NCBI RefSeq assembly: GCF_006345805.1
Contig: NC_043003.1
Location: 7,502,001-7,566,000 of the forward strand
Source of the DNA: Octopus sinensis
Taxonomy: Eukaryota
Length of the DNA: 64,000 bases
Reading direction: 5' to 3'
In this document: piece by piece, positions 23,645 to 36,044 of the stretch
Position numbering within the stretch: position 1 is the stretch's first letter
How the letters are laid out: every line of letters starts with the position of its first letter
The notes under the pieces: generated by a model
Databases searched by the model: none
What the model saw: only the letters and a program-made list of their open reading frames with translations
Told to the model about the DNA's origin: nothing
Made by a program: the position numbers and the translations under genes

Positions 23645-24215
23645 TCATATCTGTCGGGCATGTGGAAGAGAGTGTAATTCGGCAGGAGGACTTAAACGAC
23701 ATGCAAAGGTACATGAAGCCCAGTTACAACTGCAGCCGGCCACTGCCGGTAAAGGTTTTAGCTGCCAATGCTGTACAAGACATTGTAGATCTTTAGCTGG
23801 GCTAAAAACTCACATTCGATCACAGCACCAATAACAGTTAAGCTTCGTGCAATGGCCATACTCGATAACGAGGGGGCTGCCATCATGTATGTATGTATGT
23901 AGTATGTATGTATGTATGTATGTATGTATGTATGTATGTATGTATGTATGTACGTATGTATGTATGTATGCATGTATGCATGCATGGAAAACGAACCTCC
24001 ACCAACTATTCTGCCCGTAGGTCTGTGCACACCTTTCAATGCCGTGTATGCCAGAAGGTTTGCAAATCAATCGAAGGCCTCAAAAGACATTTTAAGATCC
24101 AGAAATATCAGAACTTATCTACAGCTCTTAGTGGTCCAAATTGGAGGTGCAATCTATGTGGGTGTCTTTTTCAGAACATTGTCTGGTTTAAAAAGCCACA
24201 TCAGATGCCATAATG
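23645..24215 (+). mobile_element. Two C2H2 zinc-finger-pair fragments, probably RTE-type LINE 3' ends with (GTAT)n tails
   Basis: CRACGRECNSAGGLKRHAKVH, CQCCTRHCRSLAGLKTHIRSQH*, CRVCQKVCKSIEGLKRHF and a frameshifted CNLCG..LSGLKSHIRCH. No TGEKP linkers. Short 3' UTR then (GTAT)n. Confidence 0.55.
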
Positions 24216-24647
24216 GTGTTGAGGTGTCGGACATCCAAAGAGTTTGTATTTTTGATGTTTATTTTTATCAGCATTTAATAGGATTCAAAATATCTTTTTA
24301 AATATGTTCATATTTTAAAAATTATACAGAATCATTTTTACATCTTTTCTTTTTTTCACTTCAATATATATAGGCGCAGGAGTGGCTGTGGCTTGCTTCC
24401 CAACCATATGGCTCCGGATTCGATCCCACTGCATGACACCTTGGGCAGGTGTCTTCTACAGTACCCTTGGGGTTGGCCAAAGCCTTGAGAGTGGATTTGG
24501 TAGACGGAAACTGAAAGAAGCCCGTCGTATATATATATATAACCTTCCTTTTCTTTCTCCGAACTGAGATTCGAAATCGAATCTAAGGATTCTCGCTCAT
24601 CTGATCCACCACTGCCCCAAACAAACGCAAAAGAAATTTCTTTGTCC

Positions 24648-25202
24648 TGTCAGAAAGTGATGGATGGATTTCCCTTCGACCTACGACCTAATCTATGTCA
24701 TTTAAGGTTCAAGTGGATAGGAGACGACCTACATAGGTAGAAATTACACCTGTGGTATGCCTGTCCTTCTAGCTGTCATGACTATTATAAATACAGTCAG
24801 ATAGCCATTAAGCAGCAATCCGTCAAGGGAATGCAGATAGCCATCACCAGGTGAACTGTTATGAGACAAGCAGACAGCCAGCAAGTAACTTGCGCCAGTC
24901 AAGCAGCCAACAAGAAACCCCATATTCAGCATGAATGACCCAACGCAGTAGCAGTCGCAGAACATAAACAGACATGACCGAATGACCAATGCACAACAGA
25001 CACAAAACATGCCCGGTTCCACCTCAACATATTGACACAGTATTTCCTCTGTTTTTCTACTTCACCAATTCAAAGCAAGTTGGTAATGCCATGTGGTGAA
25101 TTTTCTGGTGTATACAACAAGTAAATGCAAGCGCCGATTAAACAAATTATTTAAACCACAATCCGATGCTTCCCCCATTGTTTTACTCTAATGTTGTCCA
25201 CA
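24648..25202. mobile_element. Possible solo LTR (555 bp)
   Basis: TGT...ACA termini, flanks TGTCC/TGTCT (5-bp TSD with one mismatch), internal TATA-like TATTATAAATA and ATTAAA. Confidence 0.4.
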
Positions 25203-25422
25203 TGTCTATTTCATCTTTTGCTACACCATCCCGCTACACACACACACACATATAGGTGCTGGAGTGGCTGTGTGGTCTGTAGCTTGCTTACCAATCACAT
25301 GGTTCTGGGTTCAGTCCCACGGCGTGGCACCTTGGGCAGGTGTTTTCTACTATAGCCTCGGGCCGAACAAAGCCTTCTGAATGGATTTGGTAGACGGAAA
25401 CTGAAAGAAGCCCGTCGTATAA

Positions 25423-25454
<32 letters not shown>

Positions 25455-25634
25455 ATGTTTGTCCCCCTAGCATCGCTTGACAACCGATGCTGGTGTGTTT
25501 ACGTCCCCGTAACTTAGCGGTTCGGCAAGAGACCGTAGGCTTACAAAGAGTAGGTCCTGGGGTCGATTTGCTCGGCCAAAGGCGGTTCTCAATATGGCCG
25601 CAGTCAAATGACTGCAACAAGTAAAAGAGTATAT

Positions 25635-25754
<120 letters not shown>

Positions 25755-26291
25755 CGAATAACGGAGCAGAGTAACATAAACTGTTACTCAGAGATTCCCG
25801 TTCCCGTTCATCGGACAGTTTTTGTATATGTATTTGTGTGTCTGTGTTTGTCACCCCACCCACCATTTCTTGAAACCGATGTTGTTGTGTTTACGTCCCC
25901 GTAACTTAACGGTTCGGCAAAAGTCACCGATAAAATAAGTACTAGACTTACAACGAATAAGTCCTGGGATCGATTTGTTCGACTAAAGGCGGTGCTCCAG
26001 CTTGGCCGCAGTCAAATAACTGAAACAAGTATAAGAGTAAAATTATATATCTTAGTGATAACTCTCTTTCACTTGTTTCAGTCATTTGAGTGCGGCCATG
26101 CTGGAGCACCACCTTTCGTCGAGCAAATCGACCCCAGGGCTTATTCTTTGTAAACCTAGTACTTATTCTATCGGTCACTTTTGCCAAACCGCTAAGTTAC
26201 GGGGATGTAAACACACCACCATCGGTTGTCAAGCGATGTGTGTGTGTGTGTGTGGGGGGGGGGACAAACACAGACACACAAACATATACAC

Positions 26292-26338
<47 letters not shown>

Positions 26339-26829
26339 TTATATATATTATACGACGGACTTCTTTCAGTTTCCGTCCACCAAATCCTCTCACAAGTCTT
26401 TGGTTGGCCCGAGGCTATAGTAGAAGACACTTGCCCAAGGTGCCACACAGTGGGACTGAACCCGCAATCATGTGGCTGGTAAGCAAACTACTTACCACGC
26501 AGCCACTCCTACGCAACTTTTTTCTTTTTTTTTTACTTTGTAATAAATACTTAGTCTGAATCGATAGTTGATCATTTAATATTATTTTAGAGTCAGATAA
26601 GTTTATATAAATGAACCAAAAAGTTGTGAAGTTTACATCTAACCAAATAGTAAATGGAATCAAATGTATTCAATATTCTTTTGTATTCTAGGAACAACGC
26701 CCAAGATTTTTGGGGGAGGGGGCCAGTCGATTAGATCGACTTCAGTATGCAACTGGTACTTAATTTATCGACCCCGAAAGGATGAAAGTCGATCTCGATG
26801 TAATTTGAAATCAGAACGTAAAGACAAGA

Positions 26830-27400
26830 AATACCGCTAGGCGAAATACTTAGCGGTATTTAGTCTATCTTTACGTTCTGAGTATAAATTCCGCCGAGGT
26901 CGACTTTGCCTTTCATCCTTTCGGGGTCGATAAATTAAGTAACAGTTACGCACTGGGGTCGATATAATCGACTTAATCCGTCTGTCTGTCCTTGTTTGTC
27001 CTCTCTGTGTTTAGCCCCTTGTGGGTAGTAAAGAAATAGAAATAGGTATTTCGTCTGCCGCTACGTTCTGAGTTCGAATTCCGCCGAGGTCGACTTCGCC
27101 TTTCATCCTTTCGGGGTCGATAAATTAAGTAGCAGTTACGCACTGGTGTCGATATAATCAACTTAATCCGTTTGTCTGTCCTTGTTTGTCCCTTCTGTGT
27201 TTAGCCCCTTGTGGGTAGTAAAGAAAAAGGTATTTAGTCTGTCTTTACGTTCTGAGTTCAAATTCCGCCGAGGTCGACTTTGCCTTTCACCCTTTCGGGG
27301 TCGATAAATTAAGTACTATTTGCGTACTGGGGTCGATCTAATCGACTGGCCCCCTTCCCGCAAATTTCGGACCTTGTGCCTAGAGTAGGAAAAAAAATGT
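26830..27400 (+). repeat. Three tandem SINE-derived units of about 185 bp (GCCTTTCATCCTTTCGGGGTCGATAAA core), preceded by an inverted partial copy
   Basis: Units start at about 26858, 27047 and 27231. Inverted copy at about 26690-26840. Confidence 0.85.
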
Positions 27401-27522
27401 ACTTTTTATTGTTGTAAATCCGGTCATTATTTTACTCAGGGACTATTTTTGGGGTTGTTGCTGCAATATAGCAATTGTAACTCTTCACTAGAGAGCTCCG
27501 TAAATGTGGATTTCTTGCAAGC

Positions 27523-28473
27523 ATGGCCGAAGAAGAGACGATTGTGAAGAAGGAACCTGTTGAAGCGGTTGATTTGGAAACCAGGATTTTGGAATTATGT
27601 AAACAAAACCCTGATGGAGTAGATGACAGTGCTATTCTTGTGGATATGCCCCAGTTTGATGCTAACCAGAGGGTGCAAGCTATTAACCGGCTCCTCTCCA
27701 CAGCCAAGATAGACTTGCTGAAAAGTGGTAACAAGTTGGTTTACAAATTAAAGGACCCTTCGTCGGCCAGTGTTGTGAAGGGCTCTGATAACCAGGAGAA
27801 AGTTGTTTACCAAATCATCAAGGAAGCCGGTAACCGAGGGATATGGATTCGTGACATTCGCTATCAAAGTAATTTATTACTGACTCAAGTCAACAAAATA
27901 TTAAAGAACTTGGAAAGCAAGAAACTTATCAAAGCCGTGAAGTCGGTGGCTGCTTCTAAAAAGAAAGTTTATATGCTTTATGAATTGGAACCGGACCGAT
28001 CGGTAACGGGAGGAGCGTGGTACAGCGATCAAGATTTTGAATCGGAATTCGTCGAAGTACTCAACCAACAGTGCTTTAAATACCTGAACGAGAAAGCTGC
28101 AAATGCACGCGAAACTCTTTCAACACCGATCATGCAGAGAAATGCATCGTTCGCTTCTTCGACGGACGTCTGGAAATATATATCGGAACTTGGTATAAGT
28201 AAAGTGAAGCTTGCTGTTGAGGACATAGAAACTATTTTGGATACTTTAATTTATGATGGTAAGGTGGAACGTTCCATAGTTGCCGGACCGTGTTCTTCCA
28301 GCGGCGCATCTGGAAGTATCACAAAACTATATCGAGCTATCAAGCCATTGATACAGCCGACCGGATTAACAAGAATGCCGTGCGGTACCTGTCCAGTTTT
28401 TCACCTTTGTTCAGAGGACGGGGTCATCTCGCCGACTTCATGTATATACATGAAAGAATGGCTTGACTATTAA
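27523..28473 (+). CDS. POLR3F: RNA polymerase III subunit RPC34/RPC6, intronless, 316 aa
   Basis: Uninterrupted ORF with EKVVYQIIKEAGNRGIWIRDIR, KKLIKAVKSV, GGAWYSDQDFESEFVEVLNQQC and the C-terminal Fe-S cysteine motif PCGTCPVFHLC...SPTSCIYMKEWL. Confidence 0.97.
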   Translation: MAEEETIVKKEPVEAVDLETRILELCKQNPDGVDDSAILVDMPQFDANQRVQAINRLLSTAKIDLLKSGNKLVYKLKDPSSASVVKGSDNQEKVVYQIIKEAGNRGIWIRDIRYQSNLLLTQVNKILKNLESKKLIKAVKSVAASKKKVYMLYELEPDRSVTGGAWYSDQDFESEFVEVLNQQCFKYLNEKAANARETLSTPIMQRNASFASSTDVWKYISELGISKVKLAVEDIETILDTLIYDGKVERSIVAGPCSSSGASGSITKLYRAIKPLIQPTGLTRMPCGTCPVFHLCSEDGVISPTSCIYMKEWLDY

Positions 28474-28969
28474 AGGTTTTATTATTATAACATCACACAT
28501 TCTATATATATATATAAAAAGATGTATATATTTTTTAAAGATATTTGTCACTTCTCTGCTTTGTTAAACATATCGCCAAAATTCGAGCAGTTTTACTTTT
28601 TTAAATTCACCAACGTTTACCTTCTGAGCTCATATCGTTGTTGTTGCTTGGCCTCGGGTCAGTCCCACTCGGGTGGATGTATGATAAAAAAATATTCCGG
28701 CTGCGAACAATCGTTTTTTCTCTCTTGCACATCAGTCAATGTAACTCCTTTCTAAGACAGCAGTAGCGTGATATTTTATGGAATTGCAGTTTCTATTTTT
28801 AGCAAATCGACCGACCACATATAATCTTCCTCGTTGTCTCTTGTTTCTTCATCTGCGTTAGATGGGTTGACATATAGGTAGTGGGGTTGTGTACGTGGTT
28901 AGTATTTCGGGATATCCTACAGCTCCGATATACAAGATTTTCAATAGCGAAAGTAAAGTAAAGTAATTG

Positions 28970-29612
28970 ATTCGGCATTCTTTCGATATAACTCGACATT
29001 TGATTTCGGGTATTTCCGTGACAATTGCTGAAATGGGAGGAGGAGAAAAAAGGTAATGGGTTGTGCATGCGTGCTTGTTTGTGTGTGTGCGTACCTGTTC
29101 TGTATTTATGTGTTGTGGGTGGAGGGGCGTGGCTTAGTGGTTAGGGTGTTAGCACCATGATCGTAAGATTGTGGTTTCGATTCCTGGACCGGGCGACGCA
29201 TTGCTCCAGTCCACTCAGCTGGCAAAAATGAGTAACACTGCGATGGACTGGCGTCCCGTCCAGCTGGGGAACACATACGCCATAGAAACCAGGAAACCGG
29301 GCCCATGAGCCTGGCTAGGCTTTAATAGGGCACATTTATTATTTATTATTATGTGTTGTGGGATATAGATATAACGAAATTATGACAGCAATGTCTTGAA
29401 GAAAAAAAAGCCTTGCATATTTGTTCTTATCTGCTTCATGTGTGTACGTAAAATCCACAAATTTCCAAGCAGAAAACAGAATCGAAGTTTACACAGATAA
29501 GAACATGCATGCACACACAACCTTTCTTCTCCTCCTCCCACTTCAGCAACTGTCACGGAAATACCCGAAGTGAAATGTTGAGTTTGTCGAGTTATATCAA
29601 AGGAATGCCAAT
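28970..29612. repeat. Foldback-like long inverted repeat, same family as 7120-7460
   Basis: 28970-29075 is an imperfect reverse complement of 29505-29612. Internal segment matches 7137-7275. Confidence 0.75.
29120..29348 (+). mobile_element. tRNA-derived SINE with exact 14-bp TSD
   Basis: Box A TGGCTTAGTGG, box B GGTTTCGATTCC, (ATT)-like tail. TSD TTATGTGTTGTGGG at 29106-29119 and 29349-29362. Related copy at about 51515-51740. Confidence 0.9.
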
Positions 29613-30357
29613 TGATTCCTTTTATGCCTAGAAAAACAAGAAAACAAAGTTTGGCAGGTGGGGAGGCTCTAAACTGCAATTATCTTTTATCGTTTACTTG
29701 TTTCAGTGATTAGAATGCGACCATGTTTGGACATCACCTTGAAGAATTTTAGTGCAAAAAAGCCACCTCAGGACTTACTCTTTTTTAAGCCTAGTATTTA
29801 TTCCACTGGTCTCTTCTGCCGAATGGCTATGTTAAGAGAACGTAAACGCACCAACACCAATTGACAAACAGTGGTGGTGGTTGGACATACACACACACAC
29901 ACACACATATCTACGCTGGCCTTCTTTTGATTTCCATCTACCAAATCCACTCAGAATTATTTCGTTGGTCCAAGGTTGTAGTAGAGTGTAGTGGGACTGA
30001 ACCTGGTTAGGAAGCAAGGAAAAGAGATGGCCACAGCTGGAACACTTTTAAAAGAGACAGGCATTTAGAAAAACTAGCAGCAGTGTTTAAAACAATCAAC
30101 ATAACTGAAATATTTAAATCCCGTTTGAAACAAAATTTTAAAAATTGATAAATTTCATCAACATATTTGACCCCTTAACCTAAGCCCTTTCACAAATGCA
30201 TATTTTTGCCTGTGCCAAGTTCTTTTCCATTTTGAACATTTTCTCTTTTATTAGTTTGTAGTTGCTAAGCTTCCTCAAAGACAAAATCCCATTACTCTCT
30301 TCATTGGGAAAGATGCTTCCCAACCACTTGATGCTTTGAAAACTTGAACGCTTAGAG

Positions 30358-30459
30358 ATGGTGATGGATAGGAAGAAGAAGAAGATGAGTAAAATAGCAT
30401 TACCAAGTAAAACCAGGAAAGCGTTCTGTAAGAAATGCTTGAGTATTGAACCCCACAAG
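30358..30459 (+). CDS. Candidate coding exon MVMDRKKKKMSKIALPSKTRKAFCKKCLSIEPHK
   Basis: Upstream acceptor ttttattagtttgtag, donor AAG|GTATTT. Basic sequence with CxxC, weakly like the ribosomal eL42 N-terminus. Confidence 0.35.
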
Positions 30460-30609
30460 GTATTTGGTATTCTTTTGAGATGACTCGATAGAATCAAAAC
30501 ACCACAAAACATAAATACATAAAAACGGAACAGGCACACACACACAGACAAGAGCAAGCATGCATACACACATACAGAGACAAGAACAAGCATGCACACA
30601 CACACAGAT

Positions 30610-30870
30610 ATTATTATTATTCAGGTAACTGCCTGGAATCGAACTCAGAATCTCGGGGTTAGTAGCCTCTGCTCTTAACCCTAAGATTCCATGTTCGATT
30701 CCAAGCAGTGACCTGAATAATAATAATAATAATATCAAAAAATACCTTAGGAATGAGAACCCAAGTTCGAAATTTCCCCAAGACACCTGATGAAGGCTGG
30801 AGAGTATATCAGCCGAAACGTGTTAACAACAAACAAGATGACAAATATCTGTCAAATGTAAATAACATCT
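30610..30870 (+). mobile_element. tRNA-head plus hammerhead-tail repeat with local inversion
   Basis: GACAC-CTGATGA-A-GGCTG/10 nt/CAGCC-GAAAC-GTGTT at 30782-30824. tRNA-like pieces lie in inverted orientation upstream. Same family as 47770-48140. Confidence 0.6.
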
Positions 30871-32316
30871 AAACTATGTTAGCATGGAAAACATCAAATG
30901 ATGATGATATATTGTATCCATGGTAAAGAGAACTTTGGTTCAGTTTGACTAATAGAAAGTACCATAGTATATGACAAACTAACCAGCCAGAAACTCTAAA
31001 ATTAACAAATAATTAGATTACTGTGCTGTGTTCAATTCTGTCTGAAGAATCCACAACTGTTCTTGGACCAGAGTCCATCAGTTATATCCAGTCTGTCTCA
31101 TCCCTGGATCTAGACTGGTTCTGATTTTGGGCAGAATATGATGGCTTACTTGCAAAGACTCATCCATGTTAAAGTATCCATGCTCAAGCAAAACACCATC
31201 AGTTCATTTTTCCTTGGTCTGACAAATTGCTTTTAGAAGAAGTCAAAATTCAATTCTCGCAGAAGAATGGAAAACTTGTGTTGGTGTAATTTACTCTTCT
31301 ATGGCAATTTTCCCATGCTAGCATGGGTTAGGTGATTACATGTTATTGACGCATTGTTTTATAGCTGGATGCCCTCCCTGTTGCTAACCTTTCTTCACCA
31401 TCAATATCCACTTCGCCATGCTTATAGATGGGAATTGTTGAGGTAGATTTTCTGTGGTCGGATGCCCTTCCTGTTGCCAACTCTCACCTGTTTTCAATCA
31501 GGGTAATATTTTCCCATGGCTAGACGTGTTTTTCATGGAAGACTGGAAATAAACAACCTCGCTTACATGACGGGGGCGCTCATTTACAACCATCACATGA
31601 TGTCCAGACAAAGGGTACACACAATATACCAACCTTTCTTAAGAACCACATGTAGCAAAAATGCTTGAAATTACTCAAAATGTTGGCTTTCATAATTACT
31701 CTGTTACAACCACGCGTCTATAACATAGCCAAAAACAATGTCCTAAACTTTTTATTTCTCCTCAAGGCCCCGAAATACTTCAATTCCAAATGGTTGTTCT
31801 CAGGCCAGAAACTGGGACTGTATTTGAAAACGAAGGGAGATAACTCAAGTCAAATTCTACATTCATTTCTTTTTATTAAATAATGTACAGTCGGTGGACG
31901 TAAAGAATGTGGACCGCACCCCACTTTGGTTTTTTAAAAATTTTAATTTAATTTTGGTCAGCCTGGGGCTATAAAAGAAGACACTTGAAGTACCACACTG
32001 TAGGACTGAACCCAAGACCATATGTTTGAGGAGCACGCTTCTCAACCATGTAGCCACACCAAAGCCTAATAGAAACCACCTCACAAGGCTTTGGTTGGCC
32101 TGAGGCTATAATAGAAGATACTTGCCCAAGGTGCCACGCAGTGGGACTGAACCTGAAACCATGTGGTTGGTAAGCAAGTTACTTACCACAGCCACTCCTG
32201 CGCCTGTATGTGCAAAACATGTCAACAAGCTAAGAGTTATCAACAGAATACTGATTGTAAGTAAGTGTCCGCCAATGCTACAATCTCAGCCTTTCTTCTT
32301 TATTATAATTTTTTAG

Positions 32317-32350
32317 GCTGCTATAGTAGAGTTTAAGATTGATGAAAATG
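32317..32350 (+). CDS. Candidate small exon AAIVEFKIDEN-G|
   Basis: Strong polypyrimidine acceptor ttcttctttattataattttttag, perfect donor G|GTGAGT. Phase 0 start is compatible with 30459. Confidence 0.35.
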
Positions 32351-33453
32351 GTGAGTTGTTCTCAAGAGGCGAACTTTGTGAAGATCATAATAAAAGATTT
32401 CAATAAATAGCAAGATGCTGTCCTAGGGAAGACCTGCCTGACCTTATGCAGATTTGGAAAAGTCGATGTAAAATGGCGGTTGTGGTAATAATAAAGACGA
32501 ATACATAAGTACAGTTCCTGATATAGAAAATGACAGGATGGTCATTGTTGGACTCAGCCCTTTATACACAGTTTTTCTTTTGGTCATCATTTCATTTTGC
32601 TGTATGTATATGTGTCAAACACCAACTCTCTGCCTAGGAATTGAACCTGAATTACTATTTACGGACATAAAAACAGGATTTTGTCCAGGATTGATGATGT
32701 CAGCTGATAGCCAACCATTTGGGTCCTGAGTAGACACATTAAGAACTTGTTTACATCAGTAGCTGGGCTGACTTACAAAATCACAATAAACCAGCAGGTG
32801 CTTAACCTGTTAGGATCCTAGTTCTTGTAAACAAGATATGGGAGTGTCATTAACAATTTTGGCTCTTGTGCCTTTTCTTTGACAGACCATCATCATTGTT
32901 TAATGTCCGTTTTGCATGCTAGCACAGGTTGGACGATTTGACCAGGGTCTGGGAAGCCAGGAGGCTGCACCAGGCTCTAGTCTGATCTGGCAGTGTTTCT
33001 ACAGCTGGATGCCCTTCCTAATGCTAACCACTCCATGAGTGTAGTGGGTGCTTTTTACATGCCACCAGCACAGGTTCCAGGGGAGGCTGGCAGCGGCCAC
33101 AATCGGATGATGCTTTTTACGTGCCACTGGCACAAGCATTGCTAGAAATAAGAGTCAAAACAACTCTTAGCCACAGGCTAAGAGTTGTTTTGACTGACAA
33201 GGGAGACAAGCGAGATGGTGTCATATAATCAATGATTTCAGATTTGATTAATCCCCATCAGTGACTCATTACTCTGTCGCCAAGGGTTAAAAACTTAACT
33301 CTTCATGTCAGTCCTGTAGAGAACATCATAGGAAACATGAACTGATTCTGAAAAGGGTGAAGTGATAATTATAAATTATTAAGGTGTCTATTAGCAATTT
33401 ACAGCCAAAAGGCACAACATTTCAGGGTGACAACTCAAAAAATGTTTAATGTA

Positions 33454-33965
33454 CTGTAAATCCTCGAGTATAGTCCGCCCTTGAGTATAATACGCAGGGG
33501 ATTTTTAGGGGACTGTACCTCTGAAAAACCTGAACCTTGTGTATCATATGTACCCCTTCTCTAACTTGAGTCAAGGAGGTCTATATAACGTCCTTGGTTT
33601 GTAAAAATGTATACAGTAACGTCCTTTATTATTATTGTATATATAATATAATGCAAACGTGTAGCATTTTTGTGCATTTTGTTTGCAGAAAATAAAGAAA
33701 TAACATTAATACCGTTTAATAAATGTTGCTTACTGCAAGTTATGGATGATTCTTTTATGACTTCATTGCTTTCAGGCTTAGCTTAAGGTATTTTCATACT
33801 TGACATCACAAAATGCGTCTGAACAAACATTGCTGGACAGCAACTAGAGACTCGGACATTGCTTAGAAAATAATTTTCATTTTTAACCTCATATATAGTC
33901 TGCATTAGGGATTTTGACCTTTAAATTTTGGGGGGAAAATACGGTTTATACTCGAGGATTTACGG
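33454..33965. mobile_element. Tc1/mariner-superfamily (Tc2/pogo-like) MITE, 512 bp
   Basis: 24-bp TIRs C(T/C)GTAAATCCTCGAGTATA.. and TA on both sides. Confidence 0.85.
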
Positions 33966-35980
33966 TATACCTCACTGAAGTGTTTCAAGAACAGTGTTAC
34001 ATATCCTGAGTTGTCTCCCATAATTCTTAAAAATTATTAAAATAATATTAAACACGGAGTTAACGGTGATATTGTTTTCCTACAGATGCAGGCATGGCTG
34101 TGGTTAAGAAGCTCCCTTGGCAACCATTCCACTGCATGGTACCTTGAGCAAGTTTCTTCTCCTGTAATCTCAGGCTGACCAATGCCTTGTGAGTGGATTT
34201 GGTAGACAGAAATTCTGTAGAAGTGTGACAATGGCATAAAAATTCAGAAACCTTGAGAGAACATAAAATAATTCATTTGTTTGGAACAGTAAAGCTCCAA
34301 GCAGATAAAGCTATAAATAATGGCTATTCCAGGATAGAAAAATTTCAAGTGCCTTTTTAACACAATATTTTCATGCTATTATTGATAGCATCATAGAAGG
34401 CAGTGAACTGGCAGAATTGTTAGCACACTGGGTGAAATGTTTAGTGGTATTTCACCTGTTGCTATGGTCAGAGTTCAAATTCTGCCGAGGTCAACTTTGT
34501 CTTTCATCCTTTCAGGGTCGATAAATTAAGTACCAGTAAAACACTGGAGGCCATGTAATCAACTGTTTCCTGGCCCCCAAATTTCAGGCCTAGTGCCTTT
34601 AGTAGAAAAGATTATTTATTGCTTCATATCTGCTTAGAGTTTCAGTGCTCTGCATTTATATAGCTATTTCTCTATTGCCCACAGGGGGCAAAACACAGAG
34701 GGGACAAATAAGGACAGAGAAAGGGATTAAATCTATTACATCGACCCCAGTGCATAACTGGTATTTATTTAATCAACCTTAAAAGGAGGAAAACTAAAGT
34801 TGACCTCAGCAGAATTTAAACTCAGAATGTAACAGTAGACGAAATACCGCTAAGCATTTTGCCTGATGCTCTAATGATTCTGCCAGCTCGCCACCCTTAT
34901 ATATATATCTCATCATCATCATTTAATGGCTGTTGTCCACATTGGCATGGGTTGGATGGTTTGACCAGGGCTGCACCACATTCCAGTCTGCTTTGGCATG
35001 GTTTCTACAGCTGAATGGCCTTCCTAATGCCAACCACTCTGAGAATGTGATGGGAGGCTTTTATGTACCAATTGCATGACACCAGTATCTGCCAAGACTA
35101 TGATTTCACTCAGCTTCATGGATCTTCCTTCTCAAGCACAGCATATTGCCAAAGGTTTTGGTCACTTGTCATTGCCTCTGTGAGGCCCAGCACTCAAAAG
35201 TTGCTTTTTGTGTGCCTCCAGCATGATCATTAGTTCCAAGACACTAACATCTACCACATTTCTTCCATAAGGCTATATGCATCATCATCATCGTTTAACA
35301 TCCGCTTCCCATGCCGGCATGGGTTGGGCGATTTGACTGAGGACTGGCGAACCAGATGGCTGAACCAGGCTCCAATCTGATCTGGCAGAGTTTCTACAGC
35401 TGGATGCCCTTCCTAACACCAACCATTCTGAGAGTGTAGTGGGTGCTTTTACATGCTTCTGGCACAAGAGCCATTCAGGCGGTACTGGCAACGGCCACGC
35501 TGAAATGGTGGCTTTTATGTGCCACCTGCACAGGGGGAAGTCCAGCGGCACTGGCAACGACCTCGCTTGAATGTTTTTTTCATGTGCCACTAGCACAAGT
35601 GCCCGTAAGGCGACACAGGTAACAATCATGCTCGAATGGTGTTTTTTACATGCCATTGGCACAGAAGGCAGCTTGTTGCTCTGGCAACGATCTCACTCGT
35701 ATGGTATTCTTAGCGCTCCACTAGCACGGATGCCAGTCATCGAATTTGATTATATATATATATTTTTTCTTCTTAACCATGCCAGGATAGTGTAGATATT
35801 CTACATTTGGACTGGACGCTAGTCAGTCACAGGATTACTCATTTTTAGCCAGCTGAGTGGATTGGAGTAATGTGAAAGTGTTTTGCTCAAGAACACAACA
35901 TGTCACCTGGTTCAGGAACAGAAACCACAATGTTACAACCATGAGTCCAACACCCTCACCACTAAGCCACATGCCTTCAC

Positions 35981-36044
<64 letters not shown>

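Noticed and set aside
29120-29195. tRNA-like sequences here and at 47871, 51515 and 60450 as tRNA genes
   Set aside because: They have box A and B but no complete acceptor stem, and run into SINE bodies and tails.
30180-30605. 141-aa minus-strand ORF with a hydrophobic stretch
   Set aside because: Begins in CA-repeat sequence, has no recognisable homology, and the splice signals fit the plus strand better.
31147-31235. Possible minus-strand exon QFVRPRKNELMVFCLSMDTLTWMSLCK with a GTAAGC donor; similar candidates at about 32660-32720 and 37130-37560
   Set aside because: No compatible partner exons or recognisable domain, and 37130-37560 has stops in all frames. Could be UTR or lncRNA; not supportable.
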